Of a stretch of DNA of 64,000 nt, positions 1 to 12,915 are shown in pieces. The position numbers were made by a program, and so were the translations under genes. Numbering within the stretch: position 1 is the first letter of the stretch; the number at the start of each line of letters is the position of its first letter. The DNA lies in assembly GCF_020745735.1 (NCBI RefSeq), contig NC_083407.1, forward strand, positions 93,549,857-93,613,856, given 5' to 3'. The notes beneath the pieces were generated by a model. That model did not search any database and had not been told where the DNA came from. It was given only the letters and a program-made list of their open reading frames with translations. The stretch comes from Hemiscyllium ocellatum (Eukaryota).

Positions 1-2509
1 GCAGGGCGGTCAATCGTCCTGCTGCCAAAGAAGTGGGACCTTCGTTCTCTAAAGAACTGGCGTCTGGTCTCCCTCCTCAGCACGATCTACAAAATCTTCG
101 CCAGGGTGTTGTCTTCTTGCCTGGCTTCCGTGCTGGCCCACATGATTCACCCGGACCAGTCGGAGGATATACAATAACATCCAACTGATCCGGGACCTGA
201 TCCATTTCTGTCGACGGGCTGGTCTGCCGAGCGCCTTCCTGTCTCTCGATTGGGAGAAGGCGTTCGACAGGGTCAATCACGAGTTCCTTCTCGGGACTCT
301 GCGGGCTTTCGGGTTCGGGATGCAGTTTGTCGCCCAGATCCGACTTTTGTACGCCGCCGCAGAGTGTCTGGTTAAAGTTAACGGGTCCCTGACGGCGCCC
401 CTTTGCTTCGGGAGAGGAGTGCGTCAAGGCTGCCCCCTGTCCGGCCAGCTGTATTCCCTGTGCGTGGAGCCTTTCCTGCGCCTCTTGCGGAGGAGGTTGT
501 CGGGGCTGGTTCTGCGCGGCGCGGACACGGGGGTGGTCCTCTCGGCCTACGCCGACGACGTGCTCCTCACTTTCACAGACCTGGCTGACCTGGGGAGGAT
601 GTGTGAATTTCAGGCCGTGTACTTGGCAGCATCTTCCGCCAGGATCAACTGGGCCAAATATTCCAGACTACTGGTGGGTCCGTGGCGGGTGGACTCCCTG
701 CCGGAGGAGTTACGAGCGTTCAGCTGGAGTACCACCCGTCTCCTCTACCTGGGGGTCTACCTCAGCCCGGCCGAGGAATCCTGGCCGGCCAAATGGCAGG
801 AACTGGAGGCCAAAGTCTCGGCTCGCCTAGGCCGCTGGACAGGACTGCTCCGAGTGCTATCTTACAGGAGCCGAGTGCTGGTCGCTGACATCCAGAGAAC
901 GTTGGTCGACTTCTTCTGGGACAAATAAATCGCTGTGCAGGTTCTGAGTCTCCCTATTGAGGAGGGCGGTCAGTCGGTGGTGTGCATCTGCACCCTGGTC
1001 GCGACATTCCCCCTTCAGACCTAGCAGCGATACCTTTACGTCAAGCCTCCTCCTAGGTGGTGTGCCCTGGCGACGTATTTTTTCCGCCAGGTGCGTAACC
1101 TCAACTACGACATGCAGCTCCTGTTCATGACGGTTTGGAGATCACCCTCAGGACACTACCTGTCTTTTACCAGACCTGATCACTGTCTGGAACATGGTTG
1201 AATCGCGTCATGCCTACGCTCCGGCAGGAGTAGCGGCGTTGCTCAGGAATCCGCACCTCCATACCCATGGGTTTGAGTGGCTGTCGGAGGGGAGGGCCGT
1301 GGCGGCGAGGGTGACCAGGGTCGGGGACATGCTGGGTGCCGGAGGCCTGGGCTGGACGCTGCCACAGGACATAGCGAGCAGGGCAGCGGTAGACGTCCAG
1401 TACGTGGCCACCGCCATCTGATGCCTTAAAACGGCAGTGCTCGGACCCGACATAGTGCACCAGTTGGAGGATGCTCAGGTGTGTGGTGGAATCCCGTCCA
1501 TGCTCACCCCTGCCCGGACAGAATTTCACATTGGCCCCACGGTCCTGTACTTCCCGTGGGAGCCTGTGCCCCACAACCTCAGCCGCCTCCGGAATTTTAG
1601 TTTTGTCCCTTTTAAGGACATATAAAGACGGGCCCTGTATCGACTGCTGCTGCACACCTTCCACCTCTTCTCCCTCATCCACTGTCCGGACACGCCTTGG
1701 CGTGCCCATTTATCACCGGGCGGTGGGGATCCCCAGTGGAGGGCTTTCTACGTGGAAGTCCTCCCCCTTTCTCTCGGGGATCTGGGGTGGAGGGTGCTGC
1801 ATGCAGCAGTCCCCTGCAACCGCAGATTGCGGTGGTTCACGGACTCCCAGCCCAAATGCTTGTTCTGTGGCACTGTGGAGTCTGTGGACCATGTGTATAT
1901 TGGGTGTGGGCATTTGCACTCCCTGTTTGATTTTCTCAAAAACCTCCTCCTCTGCTTTTGGTTGCACTTCAGTCCCACGCTCCTGATCTTCGGGCACCCG
2001 GTATGGAGGAGGGAGGGCAGGTCTGAAGATCTCCCCGTGGGTCTGCTCCTGGGCCTGGCCAAACTGGCCATAAACAGGTCCAGGCAGCGGGACGTGGAGG
2101 GGATCATTAGGACCGACTGCATGCCCCTCTTCCGCGGTTGCATTAGAGCCCAGGTATCTCTGGAAAAGGAGCACGCAGTATCCACCGACACCCTGGAGTT
2201 GTTCAGGGAGAGGTGGGTGCCGCAGGGAGTGGAGTGAATCATTTCCCCCTCCAACTCTATTTTGATTTAATCCCTGCCCTCCCCTTCACTGTTTGATCAC
2301 GCATCATTGCCCTCTGATATGAAGGGCACTGCTTGTCACTGGCCACTCGGGTGTTTCCTTCCTTCCTGGTGGTGGAAATTTGAATAAAGATTCATGCACC
2401 TTGTGTCTTTCACTGTGTCTCACACCTGCACACACACAACATGGGTGCTGGAGAAAAATATTAGCACTACCGCAGTTAGGCGGTAGTGTGGGGGTAAAAG
2501 AAAAAAAAA
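1..2509 (+). mobile_element. Tx1/L1-clade non-LTR retrotransposon, 3' part, degenerate
   Basis: RT motifs RQGCPLS and YADD (320-928); C-terminal Cys/His motif C-x2-C…ESVDHVYIGC (1752-2237); stops and frameshifts; AATAAA near 2384 and an A-rich end near 2500. Confidence 0.85.
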
Positions 2510-3206
2510 CCTTCAGACTAAAAATTAAAATCATCTAAACAAAAACCAGGAAATAGAGACTTGTAAATTCCTCTTAAAATAATGAAATTCCTGATCTTCC
2601 AAATTTGGTAACCATTCCTGTTTTGATCATTTTTACGATCACAGGATGTTCATTACATTGTTGAACAAATATCATGAATAATTTTGTGCAGATGTTGACA
2701 CCTGTTCCCCCATGGGACTTATCATTTCCTTAAATTAAAGCTAGTTTATCCCAAACATTTCTCTATATGCTACTGTTCCTCCCTCCTCCCCCTCCCACAC
2801 AAACCCCAAGGCCTACACTCAACTCAGGAGGCAGGAAGCCTAACCACAGATATCTACACCACAGTCAATAGCCCCCAGGCCAAATCAAATCTCTCTCTCT
2901 GCAGCTCCTACGCGTGACGGAACTGAACAGTCACTGTTGTCAGGGCCACATCGCAAAGGAACCTGCTCACTCCAGCAATTTTTCTCTGGAGCTCCTTCAC
3001 TGACGCAGCACAAGTTGCAGATGCTTATCTGGATTCGTAAAGTGACTGAACTTTGATCAAATATCCAGCTTGTGAACTGCAGTCACACAAACTTAGGATA
3101 CAAGTCACCCCCATTGTGACCACTGGTCTAAAGCATTCTTAGATTAATGTATCAGTTGATGATGCTGAACATGGGAGTGGTTTATGTTAGGGGTTTGGTG
3201 AAGATG

Positions 3207-3510
3207 CTGAGAATGTGTTGCTGGAAAAGCGCAGCAGGTCAGGCAGCATCCAAGGAGAGGAGAATCGACGTTTCCGACATGAGCCCTTCTTCAGGAATTT
3301 TAAATCCTTGTAGAGGGAGGAAGAGAGCTTCTTCAAGGAAGGCATCCTTGCAAGAGGATTCGCAGTAGGTTAAAATCAACAAGGAGAAAGTGAGGACTGC
3401 AGATGCTGGAGATCAGAGCTGAAAATGTGTTGCTGGAAAAGCGCAGCAGGTCAGGCAGCATCCAAGGAGCAGGAGAATCGACATTTCAGGCATGAGCCCT
3501 TCTTCAGGAA
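3207..3510 (-). mobile_element. Penelope-like element terminal (pLTR) fragments, two in tandem
   Basis: Two copies resembling the 3' end of the GIY-YIG element at 24947-26054; degenerate hammerhead cores; 13-bp TSD tttggtgaagatg at 3194-3206 and 3511-3523. Confidence 0.75.
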
Positions 3511-4878
3511 TTTGGTGAAGATGAGCAATAATAACATTTCTAGCCTTGCCAAAGGTGTCCACATCCCTTGAATGAATATAAACATAGCTGCACCCCTGAC
3601 TGATTTTGGAAGAAGTGATTCTAATACAGCAGATTAAAGAATGAAACATGATATTCCCAGGGAATATGTTAGGGATTTAGAGTGTGGTGACAGCCAGTCA
3701 CAGTGTGGGTGCTTAAGTTTCTGAGTTAATGTTGCTTTTATTCTTTTGAAGCTTTAATCTGTTGCCAAATGAGAAATCTGGAAACTGTTCTGCTGTTTAC
3801 TGCATGTGACTGAGAACTGGGAAATGTATCCCATAGACCTGAGGATTCAAACAGAGAGTCTCAGTGGAACAGTTGGAGAGGGAATCCAGCCAACAAACCT
3901 TCATAGGAGCAGGCACTGTAAACACCCAGCCTCCAGAATACCAGAGGAAGATTACATCCACACACAGCACTGCGAGTCAACTCAATGACCCTTATAACCC
4001 AGATATACACAACTGGGTATGTTCTCCAGAGTGTGTCCAAAACAACGTACATTTACTAAATGCTGCTATTTTAACTCCAGACTTAAATAATTAAAAATGT
4101 AGGAGTTAAATATAATGGGTAGAATTCTTTTGTGGCAGAATCAGATGAAAAGTCTAGCAAGGCCTAATTCAACATCGCGAGTCAAGTCGCTGCAACTTTT
4201 ATGTTTTTGACGAGGCAAGTCTCTCAATATGCAGCAGCAAATTGCCAAATAAGTGGGAGTAGAGCTTATTAAATGCTTTATCAATGCCATAACTCATTTA
4301 CAATCAGCTTCCTTACTTACCAAACTTGCTGAAGAAGCTAGCGTTGAGAGTTTTCAACATGGAAGTCAGAGTGTGTACCTGGCGAATTCAGCTTGCCACT
4401 TGCTGTGAAGGAAATCAGCATTAGGCACTGGGTCACAACAGCAATATTCCCAAAAGAGTTATGATAAGGTATCACACATTGGGCTATTCAATAAAATAAC
4501 AGCCCCATGTTGTTGATGGTATGATATTAGCGTGGATAGAGGATTGAGTAAATAAAAGATAGAGTTGGGACAAGGGAGGAATTTTCTGTATGGCAAACTA
4601 TAACTTATGGAGTGCCACACAGCGATCAGCACTGGGGCCATAATTGTTTACAGTGTATATTAATGCACAGGACAAGGCAAGTGCATGTACTGTTGCCAAG
4701 TTCGTGGATGACACAAAAATATATTGGAAGATGGGAAAGCAAGTGGCAAGGATGGCATAAGGAGTCTGCAAAGGGATAAGGTTATGTAAGTGGGCAAAAA
4801 ACTAGCAAATTGAATATAATGGGAGAAAATGTGTGGCTATACATTTTGGCAATATTGGGAACAGGTTTGACCCCATAT

Positions 4879-5190
4879 GATTAGATTAGACTTACAGTGT
4901 GGAAACAGGCCCTTCGGCCCAACAAGTCCACACCGACCCGCCGAAGCGCAACCCACCCATACCCCTACATTTACCCCTTATCTAACACTAAGGGCAATTT
5001 AGCTTGGCCAATTCACCTGACCCGCACATCTTTGGACTGTGGGAGGAAACCGGAGCACCCGGAGGAAACCCACGCAGACACGGGGAGAACGTGCAAACTC
5101 CACACAGTCAGTCGCCTGAGTCGGGAATTGAACCCGGATCTACAGGCGCTGTGAGGCAGCAGTGCTAACCACTGTGCCACCGTGCCGCCC
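4879..5190 (-). mobile_element. HE1-type (V-SINE) tRNA-derived SINE inserted in a decayed LINE (about 4420-5640)
   Basis: Pol III A/B-box head (GGTGGCACAGTGG…GGTTCAATTCC), V-domain-like centre, (TCTAA)n tail. Confidence 0.85.
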
Positions 5191-5879
5191 ACTGAAATCT
5201 TTATCTCAGTAAAGATATACTGGCATTGGAACGAATCCCAGGAGAGTTCACTGGGTTGATCCTGGATTATAGCAGGACTGTCTTATGAGGAGAGGTTGAG
5301 TTGTTTGGGCATGTACTCATTGGAATTTAGAAAATTGAGGGGCAGCCATAATGAAACCTACAAGGTTCTTAGGGGGTTCGATAGGGTAGATGCAGAAAGG
5401 TTGTGTCCCCTTCTCGGAGAGTCTACCACCAAAGTACATAACCTCAGAGTAAGGAGTCACCCAGTTAGGACAGAACTGAGGGGGGATTTCTTCTTTTAGA
5501 TGGTAGGGAATCTGTGGAATCTTTTTGCCACTGAACGCTGCAAAGGTTGAGTTGTTGCAAATGTTCAAGCCCGAGATAGATTTTTAATCAGTAAGGATAT
5601 CAAGTGTTATCGAGAAAAAATAGAGTTGAGGATTATCAAATCAGCTATTCAGTGGGTTGCACAGCAGCTATTTCTGATGTGGGTGATGACATGTCTGAGG
5701 GAGTGACTAATCATTCACCGTCATAGGTGTGAGAGGTTGGGACTAGTGAGAGTGAGTGGGGAAGATGTCATAGGCAATACTGAGAGTGGCAGAGCATGTG
5801 CTTTTGTGGGAGGCGGGTTCAATAACAGAGGTGGTGTGAGCGTGAGGAATTGGAAAGAAGAAGACAACGCTTAAGATGG

Positions 5880-6050
5880 TCAAGTGGAGAAGATCATCGA
5901 TGTTCTTTCTGTAGTGCTCCAGCTGCTGAGACTGACTGACATGAGTGGCAACCTTGGGCCAGACTGGCATGTTGCAGGGGAAGAGGATATTCTCCATCTG
6001 CACCATATTATCCAATAGGAGTTCCAAGTCTCTACCCCAAAGTGGGAATC
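5880..6050 (-). mobile_element. Decayed Myb/SANT-like (Harbinger-type) ORF remnant
   Basis: LELLLDNMVQMENILFP…W.KVA..VS…RKNIDDL resembles Harbinger Myb/SANT-like proteins; related remnant at 21900-22115. Confidence 0.45.
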
Positions 6051-6758
6051 CAACGTGATCCAATGCTTCAGGAACCATACAGGGCAATCTGAGTGCACAA
6101 CAGACTTTTAAAGATGGCGTGGGCACAAGGGAGGCTGGTCTTCCAGTTCATCTTTTCTATGGTGAATACCTCAGGGAATGACACGTGAGGCTTGAATTCA
6201 ACACGAGGGATACTGTAGGGCTTGGATCGGAAGGCAACGATTTGTGTTTGATGAAATATGGCAGGAAATCCCACTGGACCTTGCACGCCACACCCTTCAA
6301 AAGAAGTTCACAATTTGCACTTGTTGAAAACAATTTTTTAAGATTTGGCCCAAATTTAAAAGCTCACCACTGGAACAATTTTGGCTCCTCTCTGTAATGT
6401 GTAACACTGGTGAGAAATAAATTGCAATGAGAAGGGAAATAAAGATATGGAAAAGCACCAATGTAATGGAGTTAGTTCTGTCCCAGCACAGAGCTTGCAT
6501 AGGTTTGATGAGTCCAATGGCCTCCTTCAATGTTGCCGGAGACTTTTGTAGTTTTTTTTCTAGTTACTGTACACTGAGGTCAGTCGCCCTGGATCCCAAT
6601 GTCAATGTGGGAGGTAGGCTCACTTCTGCTTTGCTTTCTCCCCCATTTTTAATTTTCCAGCTGATGGACCTTTAGTTATGATTCCCTTCCTCTCCAGGAG
6701 GAGGTTCCACAGTATAGTAATGCTGGACAGAGTCCAGCAGCTTCGCAGTCACAATAGT

Positions 6759-9700
6759 TTTTTCTCTATTTAAACGCGCAGGCGAGTAACCCGAGGCACT
6801 TCGGCAGAAGAGCCTCCCACCCGCCCTCCTCCTCTAACCTAAATAATAAGACCTGTTGCGGCAAGCAGGTAAGTGCTGCGTTTTGCTTGTTTGGTTTCTT
6901 TACATTTAGTTTTTTTTTAAAGAAAGCTAGCTTTTTAGAGGGATGGCAGTGCAGGCAGTGCAATGTTCCTCCTGCAACATGTATGAGGTGAGGGAAGCCA
7001 TTAGCGTCCCTGCTGAGTACACTTGCAAGAAGTGCACCCATCTCCAGCTCCTCCAAGCCCGTGTTAGGGAACTGGAGCTGGATTTGGATGAACTGCGGAT
7101 CATTCGGGAGGCAGAGAGGGTCATAGATCAGAGCTTTAGGGAAGTAGTTACTCCGAAAGTTCAAGATAGATGGGTGACAGTGAGGGGGAGTGGGAGGAGG
7201 AAGCCAGTGCAGGGACCCCCTGCGGTCATTCCCCTCAAGAACAAGTATACCGTTTTGGATACTTGTGGGGGGATGACTTACCAGGGGCAAGCAACGAGGT
7301 TCAGGCCTCTGGCACGGAGCCTGGCCCCGTTGCTCAGAAGGGAAGGGTGGAGAAAGGTAGAGCGATAGTTCTTGGGGACTCGATAGTGAGGGGTACAGAC
7401 AGACAGTTTTGTGGAGGCGACAGTGACTCACGTTTGGTATGTTGCCTCCCAGGTGCAAGGGTACGTGATGTCGCTGATCGTGTTTTCCGGGTCCTTAAGG
7501 GGGAGGGGGAGCAGCCCCAGATCGTGGTCCACGTTGGCACCAACGATATAGGTAGGAAGAGGGGTGAGGATGTCAGACAGGCTTTCAGGGAGCTAGGTTG
7601 GAAGCTCAGAGTTAGAACAAACAGAGTTGTAGTCTCTGGTTTGTTACCCATGCCACGTGATAGAGAGTCGAGGAATAGGGAGAGAGAGCAGTTAAATGCG
7701 TGGCTACAGGCATGGTGCAGGAAGGAGGGATTCCGGTTTCTGGACAACTGGGGTTCTTTCTGGGGAAGGTGGGACCTCTAAAAAAGGATGGTCTACACCT
7801 GAACCTGAGGGGCACCAGTATCCTTGGGGGGAGGTTTGCTAGTGCTCTTTGGGAGGGTTTAAACTAACTCTGCCGGGGCATGGGAACCTGGACTGTAGCT
7901 TTAGGGTACAGGACCTTGAGTGTAGGGAGGTTATGAATAATGCAGCGATCTCGAAGGAGGGTGCCTGTAAACAGAAGGGTGGATTGAAGTGTGTATACTT
8001 CAATGCCAGAAGTATAAGAAATAAGGTAGGTGAACTTGCAGCGTGGGTTGGTACCTGGGACTTCGATGTTGTGGCCATTACAGAGACGTGGGTAGAACAG
8101 GGACAAGAATGGCTGTTGCAGGTTCCAGGGTTTAAATGTTTTAGTAGGATCAGACATGGGGGTAAAAAAGGGGGAGGTGTGGCATTACTTGTCAAAGATA
8201 GTATTACAGCAGTGGAATGGACGATGGAAGAGGACTTGCCATCTGAGGTAGTTTGGGCTGAGGTTAGAAATAGGAAAGGTGAGGTCACCCTGTTAGGTGT
8301 TTTCTACAGGCCTCCTAATAGTCCTAGAGAAGTAGAGGATAATATTGCGAGGATGATTCAGGAAAAGAGTGAAGGTAGCAGGGTGGTTGTTATGGGGGAC
8401 TTTAACTTCCCAGATATTGACTGGGAGAGCTATAGCTCGAGTTCATTAGATGGGTCGGTGTTTGTCCAATGTGTGCAGGAGGGTTTCCTGACACAATATG
8501 TAGACAGGCCAACAAGAGGTGAGGCTATACTGGATTTGGTTCTAGGTAATGAACCAGGCCAGGTGTTAGACTTGGAGGTAGGTGAGCACTTCGGGGACAG
8601 TGACCACAACTCGGTGACTTTTACTTTAGTGATGGAGAGGGATAAGTGTGCTCCGCAGGGCAAGAGTTATAGCTGGGGGCAGGGAAATTATGATGCAGTG
8701 AGGCATGACTTAGGATGTGTGGATTGGAAAAACAGGCTTCAAGAGAAGAACACTAATGAGATGTGGGGATTGTTCAAGGAGCAGCTACTACATGTCCTCG
8801 ATAAGTATGTACCAGTCAGGCATGGTGTAAAGGGCCTTGTGAGGCAGCCGTGGTTTAGTAAGGAATTGGAATCCCTTGTGAAAGGGAAGAAGGCGGCATA
8901 TGTAAAGATGAGGCGTGAAGGTTCAGTTGGGGCGATAGAGAGTTATAAGGTAGCCAGGAAGGATCTAAAGAGAGAGCTAAGAGAAGCGAGAAGGGGACAT
9001 GAAAAGTCTTTAGCTGGTAGGATTTGGGAAAACCCAAAGGCTTTCTATAGGTATGTCAGGAATAAAAGGATGACTAGGGTAGGTATCGGTCCAGTCAAGG
9101 ATAGTAGTGGGAAGTTGTGTGTGGAGGTGGAGGAGATTGGAGAGACACTAAATCAATACTTTTCATCAGTATTCACTCAGGAACAGGACACTGCTGCTGA
9201 TGTGAATATGGAGTCACAAATGATTAGAATGGATGGCCTGGAAATATGCAGGGAAGAGGTTCTGGGAATATTGGAAAGGATGAAAATAGATAAGTCTCCT
9301 GGGCCTGATGGCATTTACCCTAGGATCCTATGGGAAGCTAGGGAGGAGATAGCAGAGCCATTGGCCTGGATTTTTATGTCGTCATTGTCAACGGGAATAG
9401 TACCAGAGGACTGGAGGATAGCGAATGTGGTCCCCTTGTTCAAGAAAGGGAGTAGGGATAGCCCTAGTAACTATAGGCCAGTGAGTCTGACTTCAGTGGT
9501 GGGCAAAGTCTTAGAGAGAATGGTAAGGGATAAGATTTATGAACATCTGGATAGGAATAACGTGATCAAGGATAGCCAGCATGGTTTTGTGAAGGGCAGG
9601 TCGTGCCTCACAAACCTTACAGTTCTTTGAGAAGGTGACTAAGGAAGTGGACGAGGGTAAAGCAGTAGATGTTGTGTATATGGATTTTAGTAAGGCGTTC

Positions 9701-10840
9701 GATAAGGTTCCCCATGGTAGGCTAATGCTAAAACTACGGAGGTATGGCATTGAGGATACATTAGAGGTTTGGATTAGGAATTGGCTGGCTGGAAGGAGAC
9801 AGAGGGTAGTAGTTGATGGACTATGTTCATCTTGGAGTGCAGTTACTAGCGGTGTACCACAAGGATCTGTTTTGGGACCATTGCTTTTTGTTATCTTTAT
9901 AAATGATCTAGAGGAAGGGCTTGAAAGCTGGGTAAGCAAGTTTGCGGATGACACAAAAGTCGGTGGAGTTGTGGATAGTGAGGAAGGAAGTGGTAGGTTA
10001 CAGCGGGATATAGATAAGTTGCAGAGCTGGGCAGAAATGTGGCAAATGGAATTCAATGTAGCTAAGTGTGAAGTCATTCACTTTGGTAGGAGTAACAAGA
10101 AGATGGATTACTGGGCTAATGGTAGGCTACTTGGTAGTGTGGATGAGCAGAGGGATCTTGGTGTCCATGTACACAGATCTCTGAAAGTTGCCACCCAGGT
10201 AAATAGTGCTGTGAGGAAGGCATATGGTGTACTGGGCTTTATTGGTAGAGGAATTGAGTTCCGGAGTCCTGAGGTCATGTTGCAACTGTATAAGACTCTG
10301 GTGCGGCCTCATCTGGAGCATTGTGTGCAGTTTTGGTCGCCACACTATAGGAAGGATGTGGAGGCATTGGAACGAGTGCAGAGGAGGTTTACCAGGATGT
10401 TGCCTGGAATGGTAGGAAAATCTTATGAGGAAAGGCTGAGGCACTTGGGGCTGTTCTCATTGGAGAAGAGAAGGTTTAGGGGAGATTTGATAGAGGTGTA
10501 TAAGATGATTAGGGGTTTAGATAGGGTCGACACTGAGAACCTTTTACCGCTAATGGAGTCAGGTGTTACTAGGGGACACAGCTTTAAATTAAGGGGTGGT
10601 AGGTATAGGACAGATGTTAGGGGTAGATTCTTTACACAGCGGGTTGTGAGTTCATGGAATGCCCTGCCAGTAGCAGTGGTGAACTCTCCTTCTTTATGGT
10701 CATTTAAGCGGGCATTGGATAGGCATTTGGAAGTTATTGGGCTAGTATAGGTTAGGTAGGATTCGGTCGGCGCAACATCGAGGGCCGAAGGGCCTGTACT
10801 GCGCTGTATCCTTCTATGTTCTATGTTCTATGTTCTGTGT
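6759..10840 (+). mobile_element. Near full-length CR1-clade (HER1-like) LINE
   Basis: ORF1 from 6943: CxxC…CxxC zinc finger, leucine zipper, SGNH esterase motifs GDS, GTND, DGLH; frameshift near 7270 and TAA at 7779-7781. ORF2: APE endonuclease (YFNARS, ETW, GDFN, SDH) plus RT (GVPQGS, FADD) to 10750, with one frameshift near 9620. (TTCTATG)n tail. Confidence 0.93.
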
Positions 10841-11059
10841 AATAGTGTAAATGGGAGCAGTGGCCACTGCTGGTACTGCAGCTGGGTCAAGAAGAAGCAA
10901 ATCGGTATTCAGACTCATAGAGTGCTACAGCATGGAGGTAGACCCTTTGCCCAAACTGGTCCATGCTGACCACATTAACCTGCACTTTTGGCCCATATCC
11001 TTCTAACCTTTTCCCCATCCATGTATTTGTCCAAATGCCTTTCAAATGTCATTAATGTA

Positions 11060-12915
11060 CACGCCTCAATGAATATTTCTCCTCCGTGTCTACCTTAGAG
11101 AAAGACATGAAGACTTGGGAACTTGGGTAAGTTAGTGGCGATATCTTGGGGACAGTTCAGATCACAATAGAGGAGGTGTTAGACATAGTACAATGCATGA
11201 AGGTGAATAAACCTCCTGGTCCTGACCAGATATATCCAAGGACCCTGAAAGAGATTAGAGAAGAGATTGTGGGAACCCTGGCTGATATTTTAACGTCATC
11301 ATTAACAATGGGTGAGGTCCTGGAAGACTGGAGGATAATGTTGTGTCCTTGTTCAAGAATGGCCTTAAAGAAAAGCTTGGGAACTATAGACCAATAAGCT
11401 TAACAACTGTGGTAGGTAAGTTACTTGACAAGATTTTGAGGAATAAGATAAAAATGCATTTGGAAAGGCAGGGTTTGATTATGAGCAGTCAGCATGGCTT
11501 TATGTGTGGGAGTCTATGCCTCAAAAATTATTCTTAAGAGATCTTTGATGAAGTGACCAGGAAAGTTGATGAGAGCAGGGCAGTAGGCATAGTCTATATG
11601 GGTTTCGGTCAGGCCTTTGATAAGGTTCCACATGGTAGGCTGCTCTGGAAGTCAGATCGCATGGAATCCAGGGCGAGCTGGCAAATTGGACACATAATTG
11701 GCTTGATGGTAAGAAGCAGAGGGTAATAGTAGAAGGATACTTGTTGAACTGGGGGCCTGTGACTACTGGTCTACTTCAAGATTTGGTGCTGGGTCCTTTG
11801 CCCTTTGTTATCTATATCAATGATTTGAATGAGAATGTACAAGGCATGATTGATAAGTTTGCAGATGACAGTAAAACAGGCGGTATCATGGGCAGTGAGG
11901 CAGGTTATCAGAAATTTAATGGGTGGCACGGTGGCACAGTGGTTAGCACTGCTGCCTCATAGCGCCTGAGATCCGGGTTCAATTCCCGACTCAGGCGACT
12001 GTGTGGAGTTTGCACGTTCTCCCCGTGTCTGCGTGGGTTTCCTCCGGGTGCTCCGGTTTCTTCCCACAGTCCAAAGATGTGCGGGTCAGGTGAATTGGCC
12101 ATGCTAAATTGCCCGTAGTGTTAGGTACGGGGTAAATGTAGGGGTATGGGTGGGTTGCGCTTCAGCGGGTCGGTGTGGACTTGTTGGGCCGAAGGGCCTG
12201 TTTCCACACTGTAAGTAATCTAATCTAAAAAATTGCAGCAAGAACTTGATCAGCTGGGGAAATGGGCTGAGGAATGGCAAATGGAGTTTAATCTTGATAA
12301 GTGAGGTCTTGCATTTTTGAAAGTCAAATCAAGGTAGAGGTTTCGTGGTGAATGGTAGGGCCTGAAAGACTGTAGTGGAAAAGAGGGACCTTGGAGTTCA
12401 GGTGCACCGTTTTCTGAAAGTGGAGTCACAGGTAGACAAGGCAATGAAGAAGGCTTTTGGCACACTGGTCTTTGTCAGTCAGGGTATTAATATAGAAGTT
12501 GGAAAGTTGTATTGCAGTTGTACAGGACATTGGTGAGGCCACACATGGAGTGTTGTATTCAGTTTTGGTCAACTTGTTATAGGAAGGATGGTATTAAACT
12601 GGAAAGAGTGCAGAAGAAATTTACAAGGATATTGCCAGGACTCAAGGGTCTGAGTTATAAGGAGAGATTGGACAAGCTAGGACACATTTCTTTAGAGCAT
12701 AGGAGACTGAGGGGGTGCCCTTATAGTCGTGTATAACATCATGAGAGGCATGGATAGGGTGAATGTACTCAGTCACTTTCCCAGAATTGGCGAATCATGG
12801 ACTAGAGGGCATCAGTTTAAGGTGAGAGGGGAAAGAATAAAAGGGAACCTGAAGGGCAACTTGTTTTAGATAGAGGGTGGTACACATATGGAAGGAGCTG
12901 CTGGTGGAAGTGTAC
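11060..12915 (+). mobile_element. Degenerate CR1-type LINE RT fragment
   Basis: PGPD.IYPR, NYRPISLT, FADD and LYRTLVRPH motifs with many disruptions; interrupted by a SINE. Confidence 0.85.
11921..12227 (+). mobile_element. HE1-type SINE
   Basis: Full head-to-tail copy, close to the reverse complement of 4879-5190. Confidence 0.88.

Noticed and set aside
9511-10444. Long antisense ORFs within LINEs (also 7334-7747, 42258-42902, 53808-54257)
   Set aside because: Shadow frames of RT and esterase coding sequence.
11921-12000. tRNA gene calls at SINE heads (also near 5120-5190, 31245 and 63170)
   Set aside because: The A/B boxes continue into a SINE body and LINE-derived tail; these are multi-copy SINEs, not tRNAs.
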